Assembly (NCBI GenBank): GCA_029780855.1
Contig: JAKOXV010000003.1
Location: 162,357-226,356, forward strand
DNA: 64,000 bases
Direction: 5' to 3'
DNA from: a bacterium
GTDB lineage: Bacteria > Patescibacteriota > Saccharimonadia > Saccharimonadales > JAUPVS01
The translations under genes and the position numbers were made by a program. Of this stretch, positions 37,434-47,731 are shown piece after piece. Positions within the stretch are counted from its first letter, which is position 1, and each line of letters opens with the position of its first letter. Under the pieces are notes generated by a model. It made no database searches, had not been told where the DNA came from, and saw only the letters and a list, made by a program, of their open reading frames with translations.

Positions 37434-37634
37434 GTGAAGTTTTTAAAAAAGCTCGATACGTGGCACAAAACTAGGGTAGGGCACGCGGTTTTTGGGCTTG
37501 TCGAGCTTGGCCTAGCCTACGGGTTAGGTTCCCGGGCGCTCGATACGGGCAGCTGGTGGGAGTACGGTCTGGCACTGTTGTTACTCATCGGTGGTGTACA
37601 AAATATCGTACGAATGGTCCGGAACAGGCAGTAG
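37434..37634 (+). CDS. small two-TM membrane protein
   Basis: 66 aa, two hydrophobic segments around RALDTGSWWEY. Confidence 0.7.
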   Translation: MKFLKKLDTWHKTRVGHAVFGLVELGLAYGLGSRALDTGSWWEYGLALLLLIGGVQNIVRMVRNRQ

Positions 37635-37643
37635 CAGAGAGAT

Positions 37644-38219
37644 ATGAGCAAACAGGACCAACTTGCAGCATTACGTGCATCGATCATTAAAAATAAGGTA
37701 TGTCCCGATCTGGCTTCCCAGGCGACCCAAGTGGTGTTTGGTGATGGAAATCCCGATGCCGACATCGTATTTATTGGCGAAGCCCCGGGTAAGAACGAAG
37801 ATTTGCAGGGCCTCCCATTCGTGGGAGCTGCCGGGAGGTTCTTTGACGAAATGTTGGAGTCTATTCAACTCAAGCGAAAAGATATCTACATCACCAACAT
37901 TGTAAAATACCGGCCGCCAAACAATCGCGACCCGCTACCAGAAGAAAAAGAGGAGTTCTTACCATACCTGCGTGAGCAGTTGGACATAATCAACCCGAAA
38001 ATGATTGTCACCCTAGGCAGGCACAGCATGGAGTGCTTCCTGCCCGGGTTGAAAATCAGCCAAGTGCACGGCCAACCCAAACGAAAGAACGGTAAGGTGT
38101 ACCTACCGCTCTTTCACCCAGCCGCAGCACTGTATAACGGCGGTATGCGCCAGACGTTACTAGACGACTTTGCGCGCATTCCGGCGATTATCAAAAAAAT
38201 TACTATCGAATCCAAATAA
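37644..38219 (+). CDS. uracil-DNA glycosylase, family 4
   Basis: GEAPG, PFVG, TNIVKYRPPNNRDP, FHPAA. Confidence 0.93.
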   Translation: MSKQDQLAALRASIIKNKVCPDLASQATQVVFGDGNPDADIVFIGEAPGKNEDLQGLPFVGAAGRFFDEMLESIQLKRKDIYITNIVKYRPPNNRDPLPEEKEEFLPYLREQLDIINPKMIVTLGRHSMECFLPGLKISQVHGQPKRKNGKVYLPLFHPAAALYNGGMRQTLLDDFARIPAIIKKITIESK

Positions 38220-38252
38220 TCTTTACTAAACCAAAAAAGGAGACAAGAACAT

Positions 38253-40328
38253 ATGGATAACAAACCAAAAAATACTAAGCCCAGAAATCCTCGCTCTAAC
38301 CAGAATAAACAGGGCGGAAACCGCGGTTCAAAAAAGCCAACCAGTATGACTGGCACGGCCCGTACTGTTAGCCGTGGAGCAGCCATCCGGGCCCAAAAAC
38401 GAAACATGGAAGACGCCAGCAAACTGATCAGTCAGTACGCGCCGGCTGCTTCTAAACACCTTGAAAAACCGGCTCGAAGGGCAAATAAGATTACTGATGT
38501 CTTTGACAAACTTCGTATCACCTTTTTGGGTGGCTTAGAAGATGTCGGTGAAAAGAATACCGCTGTCATCGAGTATCAGAATGACGCTATCGTGTTGGAC
38601 TGTGGCAACAATCTTGGCGTCGATCTGCCGGGTATCAACTATGAAATTGCCGATCCTTCATACTTAGAAACTATCAAGCATAAGATCAAAGGCTATGTTG
38701 TTACGCACGGGCACCTTGACCACATCGGCGGCCTAAAACATATTGTGCCCATGTTCCCAGCGCCAATTTATGGTTCACGATTCTCACTGGGAGTCGTAGA
38801 AAAAACGTTTGAAGATATGCCGCCGAATGCCGACCAGTTCAAACCAAAACTTATGGTCATGAACATGGAAAACCACGAACGACTTAAAATCGGGGTGTTT
38901 ACTATTGAGCTTATCCGTATTACTCACTCAATTCCAGAGGCTTCTTCGGTGTGTATCGATACGCCAGTGGGGCGTATTATCGCCACGGGCGACTTCCGTC
39001 TTGACCCAGAACCGCTTGATCACCATCCCAGTGATATTGAGCGGCTTAAGCAGCTCGGGGACGAAGGAGTATTACTCCTCCTGACGGAGAGTAGTTACTC
39101 TGATTCAGAAGGTCGGACGCCAACTGAACACACCTTGCAGCAGAGTTTTCATGATGTCATTGCGCAGTCCCAAGGGCGCATATTCTGTGCGGTTTTCTCC
39201 AGTAACATGAACCGTATTCAGATGATCGTCAACGCAGCCGTGGCAGCTGGAAGAAAAGTTGCCTTAGATGGGCGCAGCATGATGAGCTACGCTGAAATTG
39301 CCGTACGTCAAGGCATCCTTAAGGTTCCCAAAGGTACCTTTATGGCGATGCGTGACATTGCTAACATTCCTGACGAACAGATCTTAGTCATGGCCACCGG
39401 CGGCCAAGGTGAGCCTAATGCGGCGCTCCAAAAAATGAGTGAAGGTACTCACAAGTACATCAAACTCAAGCCAGGAGATACCGTAGTAGTGAGTTCCTCT
39501 CCGATTCCGGGCAACGAGGTGCGCTACGACATGATTGGTAACAATCTCGCTAAACTGGGAGTGCATATGTTCCGTCACCCAACCCACGAAATTGACGGCT
39601 GTGGACCGCTGCACGTTTCCGGGCACGCTCGCCGGGACGAAATGCGTGAAATGCTTCACATCATTCGGCCAAAATACGTAATTCCGGTGCATGCCGGCGC
39701 ACTGCGTCGCCGATACCACGCCGAACTGGCGATTGAAGAGGGTTGGAAGCGCGAAAACGCGTTGCTACGTAATAACGGTGATAGCTTATACTTTGACGCC
39801 GATGGCTACCAAGATGCTGGCCAGGTGCCACATGGTAGTCTACTCGTGGACCAAACTGGCGCAATTGTGAGTGGTGTCGTGGTTAAGGATCGTTTGATGC
39901 TTGCAGAAGAAGGTATTGTGGCCGTAATCCTAACCGTCGACCGCAAAAACGGAACACTCCTCACTAGCCCTGATATCATTAGTCGCGGGTTCATCCATAT
40001 GCGTGATTCAGAAGAGCTGATGAATGAGTTCCGAACCGAGTTGCGCCGTGCTGTTCAACAGCGGTTTAAGCGCATAGATCTTGATCGTTTCAAGCAAGAG
40101 CTAAAAGAGCACGTAACACACTTCTTGTTCGAGAAAACCGGTCGAGCTCCAATTGTTATTCCGGTGGTTAATGTAATCGGAAAGAATGGTGAGAAGCAAA
40201 ACAATGGTTCCGGTCAAAATCAGCCCAAGAACGAACAGAAAAACCCTCAGGATGAAGCCGCCGAACTACAACGACGTTACGCCGCAATGCGCCAGAAGCT
40301 ACTCAACCAAGATTCCAAAGGCGTATAG
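38253..40328 (+). CDS. rnj: ribonuclease J
   Basis: GGLEDVG, THGHLDHIG, THSIPE, TGDF, QGEP, HVSGH, SRGF. Confidence 0.96.
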   Translation: MDNKPKNTKPRNPRSNQNKQGGNRGSKKPTSMTGTARTVSRGAAIRAQKRNMEDASKLISQYAPAASKHLEKPARRANKITDVFDKLRITFLGGLEDVGEKNTAVIEYQNDAIVLDCGNNLGVDLPGINYEIADPSYLETIKHKIKGYVVTHGHLDHIGGLKHIVPMFPAPIYGSRFSLGVVEKTFEDMPPNADQFKPKLMVMNMENHERLKIGVFTIELIRITHSIPEASSVCIDTPVGRIIATGDFRLDPEPLDHHPSDIERLKQLGDEGVLLLLTESSYSDSEGRTPTEHTLQQSFHDVIAQSQGRIFCAVFSSNMNRIQMIVNAAVAAGRKVALDGRSMMSYAEIAVRQGILKVPKGTFMAMRDIANIPDEQILVMATGGQGEPNAALQKMSEGTHKYIKLKPGDTVVVSSSPIPGNEVRYDMIGNNLAKLGVHMFRHPTHEIDGCGPLHVSGHARRDEMREMLHIIRPKYVIPVHAGALRRRYHAELAIEEGWKRENALLRNNGDSLYFDADGYQDAGQVPHGSLLVDQTGAIVSGVVVKDRLMLAEEGIVAVILTVDRKNGTLLTSPDIISRGFIHMRDSEELMNEFRTELRRAVQQRFKRIDLDRFKQELKEHVTHFLFEKTGRAPIVIPVVNVIGKNGEKQNNGSGQNQPKNEQKNPQDEAAELQRRYAAMRQKLLNQDSKGV

Positions 40329-40340
40329 AAGAGGACATAA

Positions 40341-40679
40341 ATGAGAGAGCTGCTTTCTGCACCACAAGCCTTAGCAGTGAGCTTGCGGGCGCGGGAGGTG
40401 TTGAAAAGTGCAAAGCAGACTGACCAGGAGGTGCAGTTTGTGAGCACAGAACTTGCCTGTGCCGAAGCCGTTGGCGGAGTACCTGCTTCAATCGGGGTAA
40501 TGGAGAACCTCGGTTTGATTACCGTAGGCTATGTGACGGAGCACGATAAACCGCTCTGTATGCTGATAATTCCCCCTGAGGCACCGGCTCGGGGGTATAT
40601 TGCTGCCCGGATACCGCCAGGTATGCTGGGTACTTTAGTGCTCCAGGACATGGAGGCGTTCCAAGCGCAAGCGGATTGA
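40341..40679 (+). CDS. hypothetical protein
   Basis: 112-aa ORF with GAGGA RBS. Confidence 0.6.
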   Translation: MRELLSAPQALAVSLRAREVLKSAKQTDQEVQFVSTELACAEAVGGVPASIGVMENLGLITVGYVTEHDKPLCMLIIPPEAPARGYIAARIPPGMLGTLVLQDMEAFQAQAD

Positions 40680-40710
40680 CAAGTGATGTAAAAATTGCTA
40701 TAATAAGCCC

Positions 40711-41001
40711 ATGTCTAAATATGAAAACAAAAACACTATTCCCAAACATCTAACTGAATCAGACCGGACTACAACCCTTGTGCACGAAATACAGCGCCGA
40801 CCCGTTTCAAGTGCGGCACTAGGAAGGCTGGCTACTGAACATAGCAGTGAAGGGATAGACCAGTGGGTGCTGGAAGCACGTTTACGTGCAGAGGCTCAGG
40901 CTGAAATGGGGGACGATTCTCGGTACGCCAAAGAGCTCGCCGATTATGCTGAAGCAGCGGCCGACAAAACAGCGGCGCATCCTGTTATCCCAGAGGAATA
41001 G
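40711..41001 (+). CDS. hypothetical protein
   Basis: 96-aa ORF directly after TTGACA-17-TATAAT (leaderless). Confidence 0.65.
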   Translation: MSKYENKNTIPKHLTESDRTTTLVHEIQRRPVSSAALGRLATEHSSEGIDQWVLEARLRAEAQAEMGDDSRYAKELADYAEAAADKTAAHPVIPEE

Positions 41002-41022
41002 TTGTTATAATAGAAAGTCGTT

Positions 41023-43260
41023 ATGGCTAAGAAAGCAAACAAAAAGAAGACCACCAGAAAGAGAAAAGTCGAACAGATCGAGGAGCGATCTCCGTTTTGG
41101 CCAATGGCTGGCGCTATTATTATGATTCTCTTGGCCCTCTTCTTGCTCCTTGGGGGGTTTGGCACCGGTGGGCCCCTGCCTAAGGGGCTGTTTCATGGAG
41201 CCTACTGGCTACTCGGTTGGGCCGCCTTCGTAGCGCCGATTGCCCTGGTCTACTTTGGTATTCATAAATTCATGAGTGAAGATAAGCAGATACCACTGAA
41301 TAAATTCGTGAGTATGCTTGGTGTGCTTTTGTTTGCGGCGGCCTGGCTGGATGTCGCGTTCGCTACTAAAGATGGAACAGGGGAGTATCTTGCGGGTCAC
41401 GGGGGCACCGCTGGTCATGTGATTGGCGGAGCGACGCTAAGCGTGCTCGACAAAGTCCCCGCAAGTATTTTGTTCTTTGTGTTCATGGTGCTCTCAGTAT
41501 TCTTTGCTTTCGCGATTTCGCCAGCCGTGATCCTGAAACTAGGTGATCTATTTGCAAAGAATGAGGCCGACACTGATCTGGCAGAGCTGAAAAGTAAGGC
41601 TCACGAGAGTAGCTTTAAGATGAATGAAGGTGTGCCGGTGGTGCATCACCGTGGCTCTACAGAAGAGAAGTCGGTCGCTCGTCTCAGTAGCTTCCGTAAT
41701 TCAGCTCAAAAATTAGCCCCAGCCGACAACCATGAGGCACTTACCACCACTAGTGATCCTGATTGGAAGTTCCCCTCAATTACGCTATTAAATCAGAAGC
41801 AAGATAAAGCCGATGCGGGTGATGTAGAGGGTAACGCTAAAGCTATAGAAGAATCATTCGGCAACTTTAATATTAATGTCGAGATGGAAGGGGCCAATAT
41901 CGGGCCCCGGGTAACCCAGTACACCCTTAAGCCACCCTCTGGTATTAAGCTCAGTAAAATTACCGCTCTGGAAAATAACCTGGCACTCGACCTAGCGGCA
42001 CATTCAATCCGTATTGAGGCACCTATTCCCGGCAAGCGAGCGGTAGGTATAGAGGTGCCAAACATTAAGCCGGCAACGGTACGTATTAGCAGTTTGTTGC
42101 AAGCTCACGAGTGGCAAGAGGTGAAGGGACCGCTTGGCTTTGTGATTGGTAAAGACATTGCCGGAACACCGATTGTCGGTGACCTTGCTAAAATGCCGCA
42201 CCTTCTCGTCGCTGGTCAAACAGGTTCAGGTAAGTCGGTTATGATCAATGACATTCTAACCAGTCTTCTGTACCGCAACAGTCCGAGTGATCTTAAGCTA
42301 ATCCTCGTTGACCCTAAGCAGGTAGAACTTACGCCATATAATGATATTCCGCATCTGTTAGCTCCCGTTATTAATGAACCGGAAAAGTGCATAAGTGCGC
42401 TGAAATGGGCGGTTGCCGAGATGGAACGACGCCTCAAGACAATGGCGGAAGTCGGTCGTCGAAATATTGAAGAGTATAACAACCTCAAAAAAGAAGAGGG
42501 TATGCCGTATATCGTCATCGTTATTGATGAGTTAGCTGACCTAATGATGGTAGCGGCTCGTGACGTAGAGTCATTAATCGTCCGTTTAGCGCAGAAAGCT
42601 CGTGCTGCTGGAATACACCTGGTACTAGCAACGCAGCGTCCATCAGTAGATGTGATTACAGGATTGATTAAAGCTAACGTTCCAGCGCGTATCGCGTTTA
42701 CAACGGCCAGTCAGGTTGATTCGCGTACCATTATTGACCAGATGGGTGCCGAGAAACTTCTGGGACGGGGTGATATGCTGCTGTTAACTGCCGACATGCC
42801 CAAGCCAAAACGTGTCCAAGCGGCGTTTATAGAAGACGATGAAACGCTCAAGGTAACACAGTTTATCCGCGACCAGCGTGAACCTAACTACGATGAAGAA
42901 GTCGTGAGCCAACCAGTCCAGCTGAATGGTAAGGGTGGTGTAGTGGCTGATTTTGGTGGTAGTGATGCTGATGACGATATGTTCAAAGACGCCGTAAAAG
43001 TTGTAGTGGATGGCCGTAAAGCGAGTACCAGCTTACTGCAGCGTCGTTTAAGAGTGGGGTATGCTCGCGCAGCCCGATTGATAGAAACGATGGAAGAGCA
43101 GGGGATTGTGGGGCCGGCAGATGGCTCACGGCCACGTGAAGTACTGGTAGGCTCTATGGACGAAGTATTTGGTGGTGCCGCTGGCTCAGACGAAGGCGGC
43201 GACGTCTACGACGAGATTGAGGTGGATGAAAATCCCAAAGACGAGTTCTTAGCGCGCTAA
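41023..43260 (+). CDS. ftsK: DNA translocase FtsK/SpoIIIE
   Basis: N-terminal TMs, PHLLVAGQTGSGKS, IDELADLM, ATQRPSVD, gamma domain LQRRLRVGYARAARL. Confidence 0.97.
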   Translation: MAKKANKKKTTRKRKVEQIEERSPFWPMAGAIIMILLALFLLLGGFGTGGPLPKGLFHGAYWLLGWAAFVAPIALVYFGIHKFMSEDKQIPLNKFVSMLGVLLFAAAWLDVAFATKDGTGEYLAGHGGTAGHVIGGATLSVLDKVPASILFFVFMVLSVFFAFAISPAVILKLGDLFAKNEADTDLAELKSKAHESSFKMNEGVPVVHHRGSTEEKSVARLSSFRNSAQKLAPADNHEALTTTSDPDWKFPSITLLNQKQDKADAGDVEGNAKAIEESFGNFNINVEMEGANIGPRVTQYTLKPPSGIKLSKITALENNLALDLAAHSIRIEAPIPGKRAVGIEVPNIKPATVRISSLLQAHEWQEVKGPLGFVIGKDIAGTPIVGDLAKMPHLLVAGQTGSGKSVMINDILTSLLYRNSPSDLKLILVDPKQVELTPYNDIPHLLAPVINEPEKCISALKWAVAEMERRLKTMAEVGRRNIEEYNNLKKEEGMPYIVIVIDELADLMMVAARDVESLIVRLAQKARAAGIHLVLATQRPSVDVITGLIKANVPARIAFTTASQVDSRTIIDQMGAEKLLGRGDMLLLTADMPKPKRVQAAFIEDDETLKVTQFIRDQREPNYDEEVVSQPVQLNGKGGVVADFGGSDADDDMFKDAVKVVVDGRKASTSLLQRRLRVGYARAARLIETMEEQGIVGPADGSRPREVLVGSMDEVFGGAAGSDEGGDVYDEIEVDENPKDEFLAR

Positions 43261-44009
43261 GCGGCAGCGAACTCCGGCGGCACGGCCGGAATAAAGCCCC
43301 CTCCTTTTATACGACTACTCAATGCTCTGACACTGAATAAGCGAGGATCCGGAATAAAACGATATTCTTGAGGGATTTCCTCTTGGGCTGAATCGGCGAT
43401 GTATCGCCAGCCCGCTAACTGTTCGTTCAGTTTACTCAACCAGTACTCGCGGTTCATGCGTACTTCTACATCAAAATCGCCTCTTGCCGATACGGGAGTG
43501 AGGCCTTCAAAACAGCCGTAGACGATTCGTGTGCCGTGCTTGTTTTCGTTGTAGTTCTTGCGGGCTTTATCGAGGTCAAATGCACTCTTGAGCAATATTT
43601 TGGCGCTCTCCCAGGCTTCGTTACGCTGTTTCATTACGTCGATTGCGGGTGGAGGTGCGGGTTGCATGACGGTTTCAATCCAGGAATGTATTACACGGGG
43701 GACGAACATTTTTTGTGGAGTCCCGTTCCGGAAGTCGTAGATGATATTCCTTTCAGCTTCCTCATGTCTATCAGCGTAGGCCCGCCACCACGCCTCACTC
43801 CAGTAAATATGATGTGCGTCGTCATCGTCCATACGCCTGCTAAAATCGGGTAATTCGTCAGGGTAGGTTCGTAGCGCAAGTTCAAGTATGGCGTCGGCAT
43901 CGGCGATACCACGAGAATCGAGAGGGGTAGCGAATGTATTGGTGCGGTAATCGTAAAGGCGTGCGAAGCGCTCCGGAAGGTCACGCTCAATACGCGCCTC
44001 CGCTTGCAT
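43257..44009 (-). CDS. hypothetical protein with possible HNH-like His motif
   Basis: DAHHIYW...VPRVIHSWI; start re-called to ATG 44009. Confidence 0.65.
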   Translation of the reverse strand: MQAEARIERDLPERFARLYDYRTNTFATPLDSRGIADADAILELALRTYPDELPDFSRRMDDDDAHHIYWSEAWWRAYADRHEEAERNIIYDFRNGTPQKMFVPRVIHSWIETVMQPAPPPAIDVMKQRNEAWESAKILLKSAFDLDKARKNYNENKHGTRIVYGCFEGLTPVSARGDFDVEVRMNREYWLSKLNEQLAGWRYIADSAQEEIPQEYRFIPDPRLFSVRALSSRIKGGGFIPAVPPEFAAA

Positions 44010-44214
44010 CTTAGTTCCTAAACCCTTTTGTTTTTGCACTCATGCTTATCAATATTTTGACGTATACTCCGTGGTCTGGTCAAAGGTAATTTATACACCA
44101 GTCTCGCATTCCTTGACTAACAGAGGTAAATAGCGTACAATAGCCAAGTTATTAACTTCAGCTCATCACTATAGGTGGATGGGCTCGTAATGAACCAAAG
44201 GAAGGAGTTCTTAT

Positions 44215-44604
44215 ATGTCTCAGTACGAGATAGCAGTGTTGTATCACCCCGACTTAGAAGTCGACCTGACCAAGGCCGAAGAGCGGGTGACTAAGATCTT
44301 TACCGACAATGGCGGTAAAGTAACCAAGACCGACAATTGGGGCAAGCGGAAGCTCGCATACCCAATTAAGCGCAACGAGCACGCGGTGTACGTGTTTTAC
44401 ACCGTCGATATGCCCGGCGAAGGCGTAAAAAAGGTTGAAAGCACACTAAACATCACGGACGAGGTTATTCGCTACTTGATTGTGAAGCCTGACCTGAAGG
44501 CTATCGCCAAAGCCGAAGCTGCCAAAGCCGAAAAAGCCCAAAAAGCGGCTGAACGCGGCGATAAAGCAGACGACAGCGAAGATTCAGAAGATACCGAAGA
44601 ATAA
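44215..44604 (+). CDS. rpsF: 30S ribosomal protein S6
   Basis: YE, WGKRKLAYPI, VIRYL. Confidence 0.96.
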   Translation: MSQYEIAVLYHPDLEVDLTKAEERVTKIFTDNGGKVTKTDNWGKRKLAYPIKRNEHAVYVFYTVDMPGEGVKKVESTLNITDEVIRYLIVKPDLKAIAKAEAAKAEKAQKAAERGDKADDSEDSEDTEE

Positions 44605-44688
44605 TTTGCCTCTCTGCAGCAAACGCAGTAAGGTAGAAACACAATAACGTTAAAATAAGACATAGATCTTATAAGGAGGGTAGCCACC

Positions 44689-45144
44689 ATGGCTCGAAGT
44701 TTTAACCAAGTTACTTTAATGGGGAACCTAACCCGTGATCCGGAACTCCGGCAAACGCCAAACGGCCAAAGTGTCTGCAGTTTTAGCCTGGCGCTAAACC
44801 GTAGCTACAAGGGTAGTGATGGCAACTGGCAGGAGGCAACGGATTACATCGATGTGGTTGCGTGGGGGCCGCTCGGCGAACGCGTTTCACAGTATCTTAC
44901 CAAAGGTCGTCCTGCACTCATAAGCGGTCGTTTACAGAGCCGTTCATGGGAGCAAGATGGTCAAAAGCGCAGTAAGGTTGAGGTTGTAGCACAGGATGTT
45001 ACATTCCTCGGCGGAAGAGGCGAAGGTGGGGACAATGGTGGTGGCAGCAGTGCTCCCGCACCAAGTAAAGCTTCTAAGAAAGACGATGTGGTAATTGAAG
45101 ATATCGGCGACGAGCCTATCAACCTCGACGACATCCCGTTTTAA
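44689..45144 (+). CDS. ssb: single-stranded DNA-binding protein
   Basis: NQVTLMGNLTRDPELR, C-terminal DDIPF. Confidence 0.97.
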   Translation: MARSFNQVTLMGNLTRDPELRQTPNGQSVCSFSLALNRSYKGSDGNWQEATDYIDVVAWGPLGERVSQYLTKGRPALISGRLQSRSWEQDGQKRSKVEVVAQDVTFLGGRGEGGDNGGGSSAPAPSKASKKDDVVIEDIGDEPINLDDIPF

Positions 45145-45239
45145 CAAATTATTGACTCCAGTAGTCAATATTCGTTAAGCCCAAATCCATTCCGGCATAC
45201 AACCATCCGGACTAAGTATTTAAGAAAGGAATATTGAAC

Positions 45240-45443
45240 ATGGCGAAGATTTTTAAACGACGAACTGATGTAGCCTATTTTGACTACAAAGATTTCAAGA
45301 CCTTACAGCGTTACGTAAACGTGTACGGTCAAATTGAAAGCCGCAAAAAGACTGGTCTTACCGAAAGTCAGCAACGACACCTAAGCGTAGCTATTAAGCG
45401 TGCTCGTCACCTCGCATTGCTACCATTCGTAGCCTCGAACTAG
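45240..45443 (+). CDS. rpsR: 30S ribosomal protein S18
   Basis: FDYKD, TG, QR..AIKRARHLALLPF. Confidence 0.96.
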   Translation: MAKIFKRRTDVAYFDYKDFKTLQRYVNVYGQIESRKKTGLTESQQRHLSVAIKRARHLALLPFVASN

Positions 45444-45453
45444 GAGCCGGGCA

Positions 45454-46020
45454 ATGGCTTTAGGTGTAACTGATCTCAAAAAAGGGCAGGTATTTCAGAT
45501 GGATGGTACGCCGTACCGGGTAGTTGAGTACGCCCAAAAGGTGATGGGTCGTGGTGGCTCTATCGTAAACGTGAAGATTAAGAGCTTGATCGATGGCAAG
45601 GTGCTTGACAAAACCTTTAAAGGTAACGAGTCTATCGAACCTGCCGATGTGACCAACCGTAACGTGCAGTACCTCTATAATGATGGCGCACAGTATCATT
45701 TCATGGATCAAGATAGTTACGAGCAGTTTGAGTTGCCAGCTGAAGATATGGCTGAGCAGGCAGGGTACATGAAAGAAAGTGATATCGTCCAGGCTCAGCT
45801 ATTTGACGGTAACGTCATAAATATAGAGTTGCCAAAAAATGTGCCACTCAAAGTAACCTACGCAGAAGACGTGGTGAAGGGCGATACTACCAGTTCAGTC
45901 ATGAAAGATGCCACCGTAGAGACAGGTATAACCGTCAAAGTCCCAGCATTCGTAAAAACCGGCGATCTCATAAGCGTGGACACTACTACCGGTGCCTACC
46001 GCGAACGAGTAAAGGGTTAA
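45454..46020 (+). CDS. efp: elongation factor P (Arg-tip MGRG type)
   Basis: KVMGRGG loop, QYLY, KGDT, ETG..VPAF, G.Y.ER. Confidence 0.95.
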   Translation: MALGVTDLKKGQVFQMDGTPYRVVEYAQKVMGRGGSIVNVKIKSLIDGKVLDKTFKGNESIEPADVTNRNVQYLYNDGAQYHFMDQDSYEQFELPAEDMAEQAGYMKESDIVQAQLFDGNVINIELPKNVPLKVTYAEDVVKGDTTSSVMKDATVETGITVKVPAFVKTGDLISVDTTTGAYRERVKG

Positions 46021-46022
46021 TT

Positions 46023-46310
46023 ATGACTGTCTGGGAGATGAGGCCACTATTTAAAGAGTGGCAGCAGCGCCCAGAAGCAGATCCATGGGGACAGTATTTT
46101 GCTGGGTTAAGTGATGCTGAATTACTTGATCAAATCCACTGTACGGGACAAGAATATGAAAACGCATACGGACGTGCTATTACGAGCGATGAAGTGGATG
46201 ATGTTCTAGTTGAGGAGATACTCAGTCAACTTGAGAAGTGTGAACAAGAGTGGCAAAGAAGAGTGGATGTAGCAAATGTAAGTGCCGACACACAGTTGTT
46301 GCACGCATAA
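46023..46310 (+). CDS. hypothetical acidic protein
   Basis: 95-aa ORF filling the efp-tlyA gap. Confidence 0.6.
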   Translation: MTVWEMRPLFKEWQQRPEADPWGQYFAGLSDAELLDQIHCTGQEYENAYGRAITSDEVDDVLVEEILSQLEKCEQEWQRRVDVANVSADTQLLHA

Positions 46311-46324
46311 AGGGAATTAGAATA

Positions 46325-47053
46325 ATGAAACAGCGGCTTGATCAGGAACTGGTGAATCGTGGGCTGGTGAGCACTCGTAGTCAGGCGGAGAGCTACATTA
46401 AGCTTGGGCAGGTCAAGCTGAACGGCAACGTGGTGACAAAATCTGGTACTCAGGTACAGGCCACAGACAAGTTGGAAGTAACTGCTGAAGAACAATATGT
46501 CTCAAGAGCAGCCTTGAAACTGGCGTCGGTGAGTGAGATTCTAGGCCTCGACTTTCGCGGTAAGGTGGTGCTAGATATAGGTTCGTCTACCGGTGGATTC
46601 ACCCAGTACGCACTTATGCACGATGCACGTCGGGTAATTGCGGTAGATGTGGGAACTAATCAACTGCACCCGCTCCTACGGGACGATGAACGCATTGACC
46701 TGTTCGAGCAGACTGATTTTAGGGAGTTTAGAGCGCTGCCGGAAACGCCCGACATCGTACTTGCCGACGTATCCTTTATTTCACTCCGGGAGATTTTGCC
46801 GCACGCCCACGAACTCGGGAACGCAGGAACACAGTATGCCATCATGGTTAAGCCCCAGTTTGAAGCAGGTGACGCCGTAAAACATAAGGGTGTGATAAAA
46901 AATGATTCGATGCGTCGGGCAATACTGAAAGACTTTGAATCCTGGGTGCAAAAATTATTCATCATAACTGCTAAAGCCGATAGTCAAGTTGCCGGGGCAC
47001 GGGGAAACCGCGAACGCTTCTATATCCTAAAGAAACTGACCCCTAAAGCATAA
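46325..47053 (+). CDS. tlyA: TlyA-family rRNA methyltransferase
   Basis: S4 domain, YVSRAALKL, DIGSSTGGFT, DVSFISL, KPQFE, GNRE. Confidence 0.93.
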   Translation: MKQRLDQELVNRGLVSTRSQAESYIKLGQVKLNGNVVTKSGTQVQATDKLEVTAEEQYVSRAALKLASVSEILGLDFRGKVVLDIGSSTGGFTQYALMHDARRVIAVDVGTNQLHPLLRDDERIDLFEQTDFREFRALPETPDIVLADVSFISLREILPHAHELGNAGTQYAIMVKPQFEAGDAVKHKGVIKNDSMRRAILKDFESWVQKLFIITAKADSQVAGARGNRERFYILKKLTPKA

Positions 47054-47074
47054 GGGGTGTGATACACTGGCGAT

Positions 47075-47731
47075 ATGTATTTCAAGGATCGCTCAGAAGC
47101 AGCCGAAAAACTTAGTAAGCTGATTGTTCCGAAGTACCGTTACGAAAACTGTGCGGTGGTAGCTCTGAGTGATGGCGCAGTGGTGATCGCTAGCCATCTT
47201 GCGATGCAGCTGCACTGTGCGCTAATGATGCTTCTTACCGAAGAGATCGAGCTACCAGGTGAGCATATGACAATAGGAGGCATTGATCAGAGCGGTCTGT
47301 TTACGTATGACGGCATGTATTCTGCGGGCCAGATTGAAGAGTTTGTAGGGGAGTTCCATGGTGCTATCGAACAGCAAAAAATGGAAAAACTGCACGAGAT
47401 GAACCGCTTACTCGGCGGCTCCGGAATTATCGATCCGCATCTGCTCCGATACCATAATGTCATACTGGTTTCTGACGGACTAGCCAGTGGTATATCACTG
47501 GATTCGGCAGCAGCGTACCTAAAACCTTTTAAATTGGAGAAACTGATTATCGCCACTCCTATCGCCAGTGTCCCGGCAGTTGATAAAATGCACCTGACCA
47601 CCGACGAAATATACTGTCTCAGCGTGGTTGATAACTTCCTTGGGGTTAATCATTACTATGACAACAACAAGCTTCCGCCACACGAAGAGATTGTGGAGAC
47701 CATAAAAAACATTGTTCTTAAGTGGCAGTAG
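47075..47731 (+). CDS. phosphoribosyltransferase-like protein
   Basis: FKDR..A, VILVSDGLASG, IATP, YY. Confidence 0.75.
   Translation: MYFKDRSEAAEKLSKLIVPKYRYENCAVVALSDGAVVIASHLAMQLHCALMMLLTEEIELPGEHMTIGGIDQSGLFTYDGMYSAGQIEEFVGEFHGAIEQQKMEKLHEMNRLLGGSGIIDPHLLRYHNVILVSDGLASGISLDSAAAYLKPFKLEKLIIATPIASVPAVDKMHLTTDEIYCLSVVDNFLGVNHYYDNNKLPPHEEIVETIKNIVLKWQ

Noticed and set aside
44160-44214. S6:S18 autoregulatory RNA upstream of rpsF
   Set aside because: A hairpin is present, but I could not confirm the conserved CCR internal-loop motif.
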